Source: Tubulanus polymorphus (Eukaryota; Animalia; Nemertea). From it: a stretch of 64,000 nucleotides of DNA. Of this stretch, positions 24,001 to 34,088 are shown in pieces. The stretch lies in contig NC_134032.1 of assembly GCF_964204645.1 (NCBI RefSeq), forward strand, positions 8,792,275-8,856,274, given 5' to 3'. A program made the translations under genes and the position numbers. The notes under the pieces were generated by a model. It had not been told where the DNA came from. It saw only the letters and a program-made list of their open reading frames with translations, and did no database searches. Each line of letters starts with the position of its first letter. The first letter of the stretch is position 1.

Positions 24001-27000
24001 CCTTACCGCGCTAAGACAGCATGGTATCCCTGGGTGGTATACCTGAAACAAAGAAAATGGCGGCGACTCATCTACACTTCGGCTATATTTGTTGAAAAAG
24101 AAAATCAACATAACTCATTAATCCACAATTAGATACTCGGAATCTAGTACCCTATACTCGTCAAGTGCCGTGCCCAGAATTAAGTACGCCCCAATAAATT
24201 CGCCTAAAATGTAAAGTTGAGCCTCGTTGATCATTGCGGGCAAAAGTGAAATTGTCGTATTAAAACTGGTTTCGTATTACACACAAATCGTAACTGATGT
24301 TATCTGGGACATGCTGCTGGAAATCATCGCGATAAATGGGTTTCGTCTAAAACGGAATCGCATTTACGAGGTTCAACCGTATTTCCTTTTGTTCAAATAC
24401 GTTGTGCTGTAGTATATCAATGCATTTTTCGAGATTTTAACTTGGACCTCGTCGCTTCGAAAACCGACTACACATCAGTAGTTTACCAGTCATGTACGAA
24501 CCTATATTTTGTGATTTGCGCATGTGTAATTCATGTGCGGCAGCTATAAACTAATCGTTATTTCACTTGCGATAAAAAAAACGGAAAAATTATCCAAGTC
24601 AGATGGAACAATTTGAATCTGATATCGAAAGTGCCGAGCGGAGTTTTTTTGTTTCCAGGTCGGTATCTATGTTAATGCTCATGTCACGCCTTTATTTTTA
24701 TTTGTTTACTTCCCGTAGACCAGAGAACGCTTCTGAATTTATACGCGCGTGAGATCCACCAGCAGGAGCAGACATACGGAATCAGAGACGAGTACAAGCG
24801 AAAACAGAGTTTGCTCTTTCAAACTCTTCATCCTCAGCCGGTGAGTTACAGCGGCATCTTGTGCACACAAATCGTCCCCACTGCTGTTCATCAAAAATAC
24901 CCCCTTGAAGACTTCCAGAAGAGATAACTGCCTCCATAAATCACCCTATGACATCATCAAACTACCCGTATAGAAATTTCCAGAACAGATGACTACCATC
25001 CCTATGAAATCATCTTAAGTCTTCTCAACATCCGGAAAAGGTTGCTGCATTCACGATCTCCCCCTCAGACATCATCAAATTACCCCTGGATGCCCTTTCA
25101 GAAAAGATAGCCCTCTGCACAAAATCTTCCTATGACATGGCTGTCTTCAAAGATTAATTTTCCCCAATGACATCATCAACATTCGTTCAATTTGCTTTTT
25201 TTACATACGAATAGCGCTCGCAAAAAGAATGTTTATAATGAAAAGTGTGTACAAGTGCGATGTTTTTACAATTTTGTAGGATTATGAGATGAATTTGTCG
25301 GAGTTGGAAGAGGCTTTGAAGATCATCAACCACAACCTCATCACCGAAAATGAGTTGAAATTCGTAATCCACGTGAGTAATTATAGGTGGCACTGATTCT
25401 GTTGAAAAATGAAACGAGACGGATAGTACTTTATAGTTTAACTAGTGTATTTTACACACGAGCTTTCGCTACTAGTGCATAGTGGCTTCATCAGGTGCGA
25501 ATTCGCCCGATAAAACTACTTTAAAGTTTAGTTGCGAAGACTCTTGCGAACGCCTTTTACTTGTTATATGCGCAATCATTGGGCAAGGCAGTCTCAGGCC
25601 AACATAAGCATGATTCATATTTATCAGAAAACCTTATAGTGTTTTCATGGCGAAGAATTCCACAGTAATAACGAAAATATATTACAAAGACCGAAAATGT
25701 TTCCTCGAGTTAGTAGTTTGTCATCCTCCCTCGGCCAGGGATTCGAATCTGATGGCATTGCTACACTCAGCCACGGCACGAACCCCTGTCGCACTACCGG
25801 GTACGCAGGTACGTATGTGCAGCTTTGCCACACGAGAACTTGCGGCACCAATCAGATTGCTCGATGTATAATTGGAGGTAAATTTCAAGGAAGAACTATA
25901 AACGGAAAAACCCGGCGCTAATATAAAACGGGATATCTGATTGGCTAGTAATCATCTAAGGCCAAATTTGGTTTCCGTATCTAGTCGACTAGTAGTCGGA
26001 ACTAATAACCGAATGCGCTTGATTTTCGAACTATTTCCGGAATATAGTTCCGACTAACGGACATTCGGTTTCCTTTAGTTCGACTAGTCGACTAACTCAG
26101 ATAACCGAAGGTGACCTAAGCTGTGCGTGTAGCTGCGCACTCCGTCTAGTGCGGCAGGGTTTCGTACCGTGACAATCTCGATACCATCATGCCATCGAAC
26201 CCTGCCGGGGGAGGATGGTAATTTGTTCGACGTTTCGACTATATTCTATAGTCATTTCCAGGAAAACCGACAGCTATACATCCTACGCATTTTCACTTTA
26301 GGTCTATTAATCACGTACCGTATTTTAATCTTATTGTGAATCTGAAATAAGCTCATTGTTTACAGTAAATAATGCAATATTCTCCTGTCATGCCTAAACA
26401 TATCCACATTATAGGTATTTGAACTGCTAGTAGATTGGGCGACTAATTCATACAATGGATTCTTTTAAACGACGTTTTGCGGTGTCAAAAGTCTTATCAC
26501 GGTAATCTACGGATGTCGTGATGAACGGATATACGATAGCTGTCGCCGGGGCGGATCTTGCCTAGGTTTCTTACTACTCATCTGTGGAAGGGCAACTACA
26601 TCTTCGTCCAATACGGGGGTCAGTAGACGCTCCCCAAAAGAATTTTGAAGGTGAAGTTTTAGGGGTCTGGAATGCAATTCGAGCACATCTGGGGCATCGA
26701 ATCTATCAACATAATATGCCATTTTGTTTCATTTATAAAAGAAATAAGAAGTTTACCACATTTGGATTATTGAAATATTGACCGTTTCTATTACTGTGAC
26801 GAACAATTTGAAAAGTAGAAGGGTATTTCCACAAACCTGGGAACCGCTGTTAGCGGAGTAGTAGCGGTAGGCTGCATCCGCCCTTGTGCCGTTAGAACCG
26901 CAGAATATTCTTTTCTCTGGTCGATCATCTCCTGCCTTATACCACAGCGCGCCCATTACATGACATTTGGGATTCGATAAAACTATGGAATAATTTGTCT

Positions 27001-28219
27001 TAAGATGATATGTCAAGAAAGTTTACTCCAAGGAAAACTGAAGTTATCGTTGTTTTACGATAGAGAAATTAAAAAGAAAATCTGAGTCACCTTAGAATAA
27101 TCGAGATTAATTTATTTCATGGACATCCCTTTTTGTATTGTAAATCCAATCAGTGGATTGAATAAGAATGGAATACCGGCACCGCTACTGCCGCAATCGA
27201 AGATTCCACGTATGGCAGGCGAAGATCCGCCAGGTTCGCTAGTGGTTACACGGTTACATTGTTTCGATTTCTTCTACATTTCAATTGAATTCGAATCAGC
27301 TTTTCTCATTAGTAAGTCAATTCCCAGCAAAACAGCAAAAGTATACCGTACACTCATCGGGAACGCCAGCCTCATTTCTATTTGACGACCTGTTTTACAT
27401 TACATTTGGGAGCCAAGTCTAGTTCTAAAAGACAAGTCCAGTTCAAAGTTCTTTTGAAAATCAACTAATTTTCAGTAAGTATAATAATAATAATAATAAG
27501 ATAAATGTATTCATCCTGACAATTTCAATTGTATAAGGATATAGAAAAACATACATATTAATACACTGTAAACAACATATATTTACAGAACATTTCAATA
27601 TCTATAATATCCAATGATAATTTAGGGTCCATCGTATTCAAAAGCTTGTAGCATTTAGCTCGGTTGGATTTTCGTGTAATACCTAGTAAGGTATTTTCTT
27701 CTCAGCTCGGTGCGAGAATGACAGATCATTAGATAAAGGTATCCATCAAGAATTTCACCTGAATTACATATTGTACATGGTCTTTCTTCTTTCTTTTTCG
27801 TTTTTCTATCCGTCTCAATCGGTAAACAATGATTATTGGCACGGTATCGTAGTAGCACAAATAGTGACACTATTTTGGCAGTAACTCTAAAAGGTATTTT
27901 TAAGACTCGGAATTCTTTCTAACCAGTCTATAATTACAATGGGTATCTTTGGTATGTAGCCATTTCATTCCGCCACTGTTGAATAAATGGATTTTAAGGA
28001 ATAATTTCGTATTATATAAGTGTATTCCTGTTACGCCATCTGGTGTGTGTCGGTGTACCCAATTGGGCGTCACGTATCGGCTTCCAACTTTCGTTATTCA
28101 AATTTTTCCGCAAAATAATTTAAGTATTGCCTTTTTCGTCGACAAAGTATAAAAGATGATACACAACGAAACTGAATTAACTAAATGATTAAATGTGAAT
28201 GCCGCACCTACATTTAAAG

Positions 28220-28280
<61 letters not shown>

Positions 28281-31200
28281 GGATCTGGGTGGATTGCTAG
28301 GGCGTTCACCGGAAAACACATAAAATGAACAACACGACGAGGATTTAATAACTAGTTGTGTTCGCACGTCACATTCTAATAGGTGTATCACCGCCCTTTC
28401 CAGGCTCAACTGTGTTGACCCTTATAGAACGTTTCTGAAAGTAACTTTCGGTCAGCTCTTGTTGGCACAAATTGTAACCACTGGATATAAACAGATGATA
28501 TTTTGTCATCAGGATGGAAATAGGGGTTGGAATTGATATGGCAAGTTTCGTCCATCAGTTCCTAGCCGTATGGGACTCCTGGGAGAAAAGGTGCAACATT
28601 TCAATGAATTTTCCCCGCTTATCGATGCTTGACCTTGTTTCTGGATAATGACATTACTGGGAAAGCCCTTCAGAAGGGTATCACTTGGAAAGCTGTTTAA
28701 ATGGGTAAACCGAATCATCAAAGCTGTACATGCTGACTACGCAGTGCACCAGGATTTCTTCTTTATCAGCTGCTGACGCGTTTTGTTATCGCAAGTCCGA
28801 AAACAAATCCATTTTTTGGTGCTCAAAAATAAAATGTACTAAGTTGATCCTACTAGAAAAAAATTCACCAGCATTCATCAGAGCTCCTACGACGATGTAC
28901 GTATTGAAGTGAAAGACCGATAGTGGGGAATTCCCAGGAAACCGCAATAAATATAGTGGATATTTTTAAAAATCCCATTTTCTTTCGTGCACTAAGTGCC
29001 TTCTATAAATATTAACCCTCCTCTTAGAAAAGTGTGTACGCTTTGAGCTCACCCCAACCCTCCCCTTCCTTCCCCTGTACGCTTTTGTACGGATTTCTAA
29101 AACGATCCCCCTTCTATATGCGTGCATCGTTTTTGCACGGCCTCTAAGTACTCTGCTGCCTGTACATTCCCCTCAAACAGTCAACGTTTTGAGTGAGCCA
29201 TCTCCCTCAACCAACTTTCTGGTCTGTACTTACCCTCAGACAATCGTCCGCCTGTACCTACCTATCCCATTAGACAAACCCCGCAGAGTGAACATACCCA
29301 TCAGAAGATGACTATTAGTTTATAGTCGAAACGTCGCATCGGTATAAACTATCAGCTTGATGTGGAAACTTTTCCGGCTTCATCTTCCTCGTCGCGTTAG
29401 TCTTAATTGTAACGTCAAAGCGCGGATATAGTGTTTTATTATAGCTAAACAGGCCGATACGTTACTGCTGCGTGAATATACAGGGCGTAAATGTCAAACA
29501 ATTCAAAACGTAAATACGTTTTTACGTAAAATAGATTTTATCGAATCGAACCTTTTTCTCTATATCATCGAAGAATGGACGATCCTACAATTTTCGTCAG
29601 CGTGTTTCATACAATCCCACACTACGAACATTTACCATCCCTTTACTTCATAATTGTATATATTGAATGATTTCCTATGTGACGTAGCGGGATGGAACAT
29701 TTAGAATTTGATAATTGATAATGAGCCAAATTGTCGGTTTTCGATTCGAAATTTTCTATTACTGTTGAAATCTGCAAGGGTCAGTTGCTCGAAAACTGCA
29801 ATTAACCGGTGGATCGTTGACATAGTGATAACATCAATGATCATTTATTCCACCCAAAATCCATATAAAATATGCTGATTTGCTTTGCATCATATATAAA
29901 AAGAGAATATAGAAAGAGACTAAAAACTAAAACGAGTTTAAAAGCTTTGAAGAAAAAATGGGTTTTCAGCTTAGATTTGAAAATATCGATTGAAGTGACA
30001 ATCAAAAGTTCATTGTAACTATGGTATTCATCCACCGGTTATCTTTAACCAAACTTTGAGCAACTGGTTCCTGGAGTTCAACTACTCCGAAAAACAACCG
30101 ATCGTTTAACATTTCAGACGACATCTACGCGTGACGTCATATTGGCCGCCATGAGCGGAGAGGTATCCGAAGTAAAAAGCCACATGCAGGCCAATATGAC
30201 TCGAGCGAAAAATACGCGCGGCAAAATTAGCTTCGGATGAAAATTGTGCTATTATTTCTATTATTTTGAAATGAAATTTGTTGATTTTCCTTGTTTTATG
30301 ACAGATTTTACAAATACCAGGGCGACATCGAATCAACGTGAAGCTGTTCAGCGCAGTAGCGGCGCTTTCCGAACGGGTTGCGCAACTAGAGTAAGTGAAA
30401 TATGCTTCGCCTCCTAGAATCCCTACATCCATAAATCCTACATCCAAAAACCCCCGATGACATTATCAATGGCTCTACCGACTCTTGAAGAAAAGATCGC
30501 TTCCTCTATTAGTCCCTTGCTATGACATCATCGAATTCGCTGTACCGACTATTCAAGAAAAAACGGCTGCCTCTATTAGACCCCTTGTGACATCATCGAA
30601 TTAACTGTTCCGACTTTTTAAGAAAAGTCCCTCTCTAAAAGTCCCCCTATGACATCATGTAAGAATAGCCATAAATATCGCAGCCTGTGATGTAACATCA
30701 GGTTAGGATCTCTGTATATATTTCCTCCGATACAAAAGTTTACAAAAATCTTACAACTATATAATGTTTGAATTTTGCAAATTGTCAGGCGTTTTCTTTA
30801 CACAATATACAGAATGTCAAATATAGCGTGATCGATGATTGTAGCCTCGTCGTGACGTATCTATATATTACGTGTAGTGTCATATCTTTCGTAGGCTCTT
30901 TTTCGTATTTAGAACAGAATCATCACGTTCTGAACACTATATATTCCATAGCAGCAGATTGGGGTTCAGTGTTACATATAGAAGTTCTTTTACATAGAAG
31001 TAGCAAGTTTTATCTGGAGTGGGTAATAATTGGTTAATGTCATAGAGAGGTCAGCATAATTTCTCAAAAGATCTATCGGGGTAAGGTCAGGAGGATTTTA
31101 AGGCAGTTATTATTCCTGGGCGTTTAGAAATAGGGATGAATTGTTAAAGGGAGACTATACCTTGTATTTTTCGACGGCCTTTTCCCCGAAAAGACCATTT

Positions 31201-32382
31201 CTACTGCTCGTAAATATGATTAAATATCGTATTTCTATTTCACGCAGTCCAATCATCAAGAAGCTCATAAACAAATTGGATTTCGAGGCGCTCGACGTCA
31301 AAATGGAACGATGCAAGGTACGAAAAATAAACACACCAGGACCCGGTTTCATAGACTGAGTATCAAAGTTATCCCTAGGGGTAAATCCTCAATTTGGGTG
31401 ACAGCCACCACAGTAGCAATGAGAAACCATAGACAAATAATAGACAAATTTCAAAATGTTCCCAGGGACTATTTTCTTCCGCATCTATGAAACCGGGCCC
31501 TGGAAAATAAAAGGAAGAAGCAAAATGTCAGAGTGTATGTGGGCTTAAAGTTGTTAGATAAGTTTTACGAACAAAAAAAAATGAACCGAGGCTGGTCTGA
31601 CATTGTGGTTGCGCAAGATTGGTTACAGAACTAAAATGAGCTTAGACCGGTGTCAAGTCGTTAGAGAGAGTTTAGAACCAAATTGAGCTTAGGCTTTTCT
31701 TTAATTAGCTAGATTGCCTATTGAAAGAACATGAGCTTAGACTAGTCTCAAGTTGTCAAAGTGACTATATTGGGCTAAAATGAGCTTTGATTGATCTGTA
31801 AGTTGTCAGATTGGTTATACGGCCAAATGAACTTACAATGGTTGTGCGTATAGATATATTGGTTTTAGAATCACTGTTAACTCTGACCTGTCTTACCTCT
31901 TAGAATGGTTATAGAATCAACAAGAAATTAGGCTTGTCTCCGCTTACAGAGTTTGGAGGAAATATCTTAAACTGTTGGCTTTTTTGTAGGAGCTGTTTTT
32001 CTTGTTGGACCAAGAAGATGTGGAGGTGGCGCCGGGTAAGGTAGCAGCTAGGAGTCTCGGAGTGGAACTGGCAGCCGGGGGATTATCCTCCGATCATACT
32101 AAATATGTAAGCATTTTACCGGAGCCGTCCAGTCTTTTGAAAATCATCCTTTCTAATAGAATTTTCGTTTTCGCTCACGTCGAACAATGAAACATAGGCC
32201 TATTATTGAAAAGTCGTTGCATTCAACTTTTTTCCACGTCATCGTTTCAGGTTGTGAATAAACTGAACCGCGAGACTAAGGGTGAAGTGGACTTCGTCGA
32301 TTTTTTGACCTACGTTCCGCTATTCATCGAAATACACGACCGAATCATCAGTGACCCTTTGAGTGAATACAGAAACTTCTAG
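90..32382 (+). CDS. Multi-exon gene: large low-complexity (K/R/S/D/E-rich) protein with coiled coil and C-terminal degenerate EF-hand-like domain, ~1718 aa, uncharacterised
   Basis: 25 exons joined by GT-AG introns with consistent phases and no stops: 90-543, 943-1044, 1571-1836, 2439-2549, 2657-2688, 3236-3270, 3840-5768, 6072-6128, 13525-13701, 15156-15218, 15684-15847, 16934-17167, 19536-19663, 20182-20301, 20706-20922, 21338-21440, 22177-22307, 23199-23315, 23580-23676, 24719-24840, 25280-25372, 30305-30390, 31248-31317, 31990-32106, 32251-32382 (TAG); total 5157 nt. Structured C-terminus DPLDYLAKYCII...LSELEEALKIIN...KLFSAVAALSERV...KLNRETKGEVDFVDFLTYVPLFIEIHD resembles EF-hand pairs. 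An acceptor (tttgcag) ending at 81 with an open frame means the true start could lie upstream of the window. Confidence 0.85.
1145..1530 (-). repeat. Dispersed ~60-bp-unit minisatellite family (core ctgcctccataaattcccctatgacatcatcaaattac), reverse orientation
   Basis: Repeated tgatgatgtcataggg / tttatgaacgcagcc units; same family at 16740-16900, 19760-20095, 22405-22512, 24895-25183, 30445-30660, 52720-52860. Confidence 0.7.
2742..2955. mobile_element. Short MITE with ggggcggat...atccgaccctg termini
   Basis: Imperfect terminal inverted repeat (cgggggcggatc / gtatccgaccctg) and G-run; non-coding. Confidence 0.5.
6709..6777 (+). repeat. 27-bp tandem repeat (aataatgccccacaataatgatttaac), interrupted by the 6.6-kb element and resuming at 13361-13390
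   Basis: About 2.5 units before 6778; the partial unit continues in register after 13360. Confidence 0.8.
8938..9025 (+). mobile_element. Penelope-like (PLE) pLTR remnant with decayed minimal hammerhead motif
   Basis: cac-tcattga-a-GCTTCT-atacata-AGAAGC-GAAAGCTC-gtgcg followed by aataaa and the same tail as 43624-43685; core CTGATGA mutated. Confidence 0.7.
10309..10356 (+). ncRNA. Minimal type I hammerhead ribozyme motif (near-intact)
   Basis: CTGATGA (10317-10323), T, stem II GGCTAAT/ATTAGCC, GAAAC-ATT, stem I GGGC/GCTC; stem III palindrome ACGT appears decayed to ACAT. Confidence 0.7.
13740..13985. mobile_element. MITE-like repeat with aggttcgct termini (family end tggcaggcgaggatccgccaggttcgctagt)
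   Basis: Inverted aggttcgctagt / accagcgaacct; same end motif at 21215-21252 (rc), 27211-27245 and 37887-37920. Confidence 0.55.
17810..17885 (+). mobile_element. tRNA-derived SINE head or tRNA pseudogene
   Basis: A-box-like tcggtctactggttagcgcg and perfect B box GGTTCGAATCCC (17861-17872) in a T-arm; acceptor and anticodon stems do not close, so not a functional tRNA. Confidence 0.6.
18614..18953. mobile_element. ~340-bp MITE with ~100-bp TIRs (ccatcctccc...gggaggat), copy 1
   Basis: Left arm atcctccctcggcaggaattcgaacccgatggcatcg is the reverse complement of right arm cgatgtcatcaggttcgaatcccagccgggggaggat; second copy at 25722-26217. Confidence 0.85.
20340..20595 (+). repeat. Degenerate ~70-bp tandem repeat (ttgcaacaagtggaa...tattgccacagtagttgat)
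   Basis: About three recognisable units within an intron. Confidence 0.55.
20965..21252 (-). mobile_element. Dispersed ~280-bp repeat, inverse homolog of 37887-38130
   Basis: ccaccagttggcgtgac...ggtcaaaagtttgttcatttt and ctagcgacacctggcggatcctcgcttgca match the reverse complement of 37887-38130. Confidence 0.65.
21920..22120 (+). repeat. Degenerate ctgtggaact-type tandem repeat
   Basis: Recurrent actgtggaact(ag/gg); reverse-complement family at 42245-42390 (agttccacagttgtg). Confidence 0.55.
23866..24207. mobile_element. ~340-bp MITE
   Basis: TIR ttaggcgaattta / taaattcgcctaa; internal repeated gagtacc/ggtactc motifs. Confidence 0.7.
25455..25499 (-). ncRNA. Minimal type I hammerhead ribozyme (intact core), PLE/retrozyme type
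   Basis: Minus strand reads CGCAC-CUGAUGA-A-GCCACUA-ugcac-UAGUAGC-GAA-AGCU-C-GUGUG: stem I CGCAC/GUGUG, canonical CUGAUGA and GAAA boxes, palindromic stem III AGCU, NUH triplet CUC; embedded in PLE pLTR-like sequence 25405-25550. Confidence 0.8.
25722..26217. mobile_element. ccatcctccc MITE, copy 2, carrying a nested insertion
   Basis: Collinear with 18614-18953 apart from an insert at 25960-26116. Confidence 0.85.
25960..26116. mobile_element. PIF/Harbinger (Tourist)-type MITE with TAA TSD
   Basis: ggcc...gacc termini with ctagtcgact inverted motifs; TAA at 25957-25959 and 26117-26119; empty site seen in copy 1 (catccaagctg). Confidence 0.8.
26226..26264 (-). ncRNA. Hammerhead-like motif, second PLE family, variant core
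   Basis: Minus strand UUC-CUGGAAA-U-GACUAU-agaau-AUAGUC-GAAAC-GUC-GAA; same stem II as 29294-29345; core deviates from CUGANGA. Confidence 0.6.
27480..28200 (-). mobile_element. 3' remnant of a non-LTR retrotransposon (RTE-X-like C-terminus)
   Basis: Minus ORF 27655-27870 RYRANNHCLPIETDR...ERPCTICNSGEILDGYLYLMIC...RRKYLTRYY matches the H-x-L-P-I-E-T-G-R...CxxC...C tail of these LINE ORF2s; (ATT)n tail at 27480-27498. Confidence 0.7.
28221..28276. repeat. (TA)n microsatellite
   Basis: Direct. Confidence 0.95.
29294..29345 (+). ncRNA. Hammerhead-like motif, second PLE family (U4 to A in core)
   Basis: atacccat-CAGAAGA-T-GACTAT-tagttt-ATAGTC-GAAAC-GTC-gcatcggtat; palindromic stem III ACGT and GUC triplet; partial stem I atacc/ggtat. 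Confidence 0.6.
29775..30073. mobile_element. MITE (gggtcagttgctc...gagcaactggttcc) containing an L2/CR1-type LINE 3' fragment (~29840-30020, - strand)
   Basis: TIR with internal aaccggtggat/atccaccggtt; insert translates SIDIFKSKLKTHFFFKAF, typical of a LINE ORF2 C-terminus. Confidence 0.65.
31336..31503. mobile_element. 168-bp MITE
   Basis: 20-bp TIR ccaggacccggtttcataga / tctatgaaaccgggccctgg. Confidence 0.8.
31580..31945 (+). repeat. Degenerate ~45-bp tandem repeat (ggttatagaactaaaatgagcttagactggtctcaagttgtcagatt)
   Basis: About eight diverged units in an intron. Confidence 0.65.
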
Positions 32383-33175
32383 AAATATACGAATGTGGCA
32401 TCTTATGCGAATATATGAACTTCTTGAATGAACAGAAGCGACCTTTAGTGATAATTTACGAACTACTACATAGATGAATGCCTAATATGGAAGCAGACGT
32501 TGACCTCTATCTATCGGGATTACAGCGATGAAAAGGGCTTATAAGCCGAAAAATGGCAGGTCCACACCGCCAAGATGGGTCTGGAAATCTTTTTGAAATT
32601 TCATACAATTTCCAGGCATTTGAGGGACATTTATTTAAGCGCCAAATCTTGCGGTTGCGGACTGCCTGTCTAATTAGTTGCGGGTCGAAAAAGCGGGATT
32701 GTCTCTATACACTTGTTGTCGTTGTTCTAGCGATCATCGTGATGGCCGCATTGGCAGAATTTAGAAAAACGCAGTGAGATTCTCATCGAGTTCAGTTCGA
32801 CTCCTTTATTAGATATTTCACTTGTTTTCATAGATACAACGGCAGTTTCCATATTGATAAGTATGTTCTCATCATTATGATCATTATGCGTGATGGGGCT
32901 AGGGGTGATTAAAAAGGCACTGTTGTCTGCAAGGGAGGGAGGGGTTGAAAATCGGCTCTTACTGCGTACGTACTAAAAAGGAGATCTAAAAAGATCACAC
33001 ATTGAAGTGACCCATAGAGCGACATCTAGAATACGGTAAATACAACGAGAACCGACCACCTCTGGTGTGCTCTATCAGATGGGAGATTTCAAGTTATGTA
33101 AAACTCAAGATACCGTGATTTTGCACTTGTATCAGTGTGTAGAATACACTTGTAACTTGAATGGCTTCCAGTAGA

Positions 33176-33181
33176 AATAAA
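33176..33181 (+). terminator. Candidate polyadenylation signal of gene 1
   Basis: AATAAA about 800 nt after the stop codon, followed by an A-run. Confidence 0.4.
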
Positions 33182-34088
33182 TACTCCTGAAAAAAAAAAC
33201 AGTTGCAAGTTCCTCTTAAATTCTCATTTCAGTCAGGATGCGCGTTGCTAGGAATTCACTTCCACGTGTGTGCGTTTGTTTGTGTGCGTCTAGCGAAATC
33301 AAAAGAGTCTCATGACAAATATAAGTCCATTACACCATAGATTCTAAGACGAATCCATGGAGTCTGTAAAAACGATCAAAATCGCAGTCATTTACAGTTT
33401 CATTTCGGCAAAATTGGTATTGGTCAGACTGCCAACTACTCAGTTAACCGGGCTAATTGATAAACGATCATCAATTAAAAGTCGAATATGGTTCCCCCTT
33501 GTTTCTATTTTTGGCAAACCGTCGTATACCATATGCGGGCATTATCTTCAGATTACTTCAAAATCAGATTTTTGAAAATGGAGTCGAAATTCCAGACTAT
33601 ATCCTAGTTTATTTTTCTTACTGTGGGTTTATCGACTTATTAACATTACACAGACACTTGTCTTTGAAAACCAAAATGGTCGCTCCAACTGAAATGATTC
33701 GAATATGGCGTCCCCTTTTTCTCCGTTCAAATACATCAGTCATTTCTGGTATTTGCTTGTTAAATAAACATGCAAGATCAGCTTACAGTAACTTAATATC
33801 CGAGGTAAATGAACCTAATGTTGGAAACTAGAGCGAGAAAAAGTTTAAAAAAGATTTTTTCTCAGTTTCAACGCGAGTGCATATTCGACGACAGTTCGCC
33901 AGAAAGCCAGCGGATTACTCTAACTTTACAATCGAACGATACTCTAACCACGGACTCTATAAATTCTTCATTGATTACTTCGTCCGTGTAGATTTATAAA
34001 CCTACTTTCGAAACATGACTTCGCGACTAGATGGCTTTGACGGGGTTCGAACCCAACCGTATCGATCGACATGAAAATGAATCTCGAA

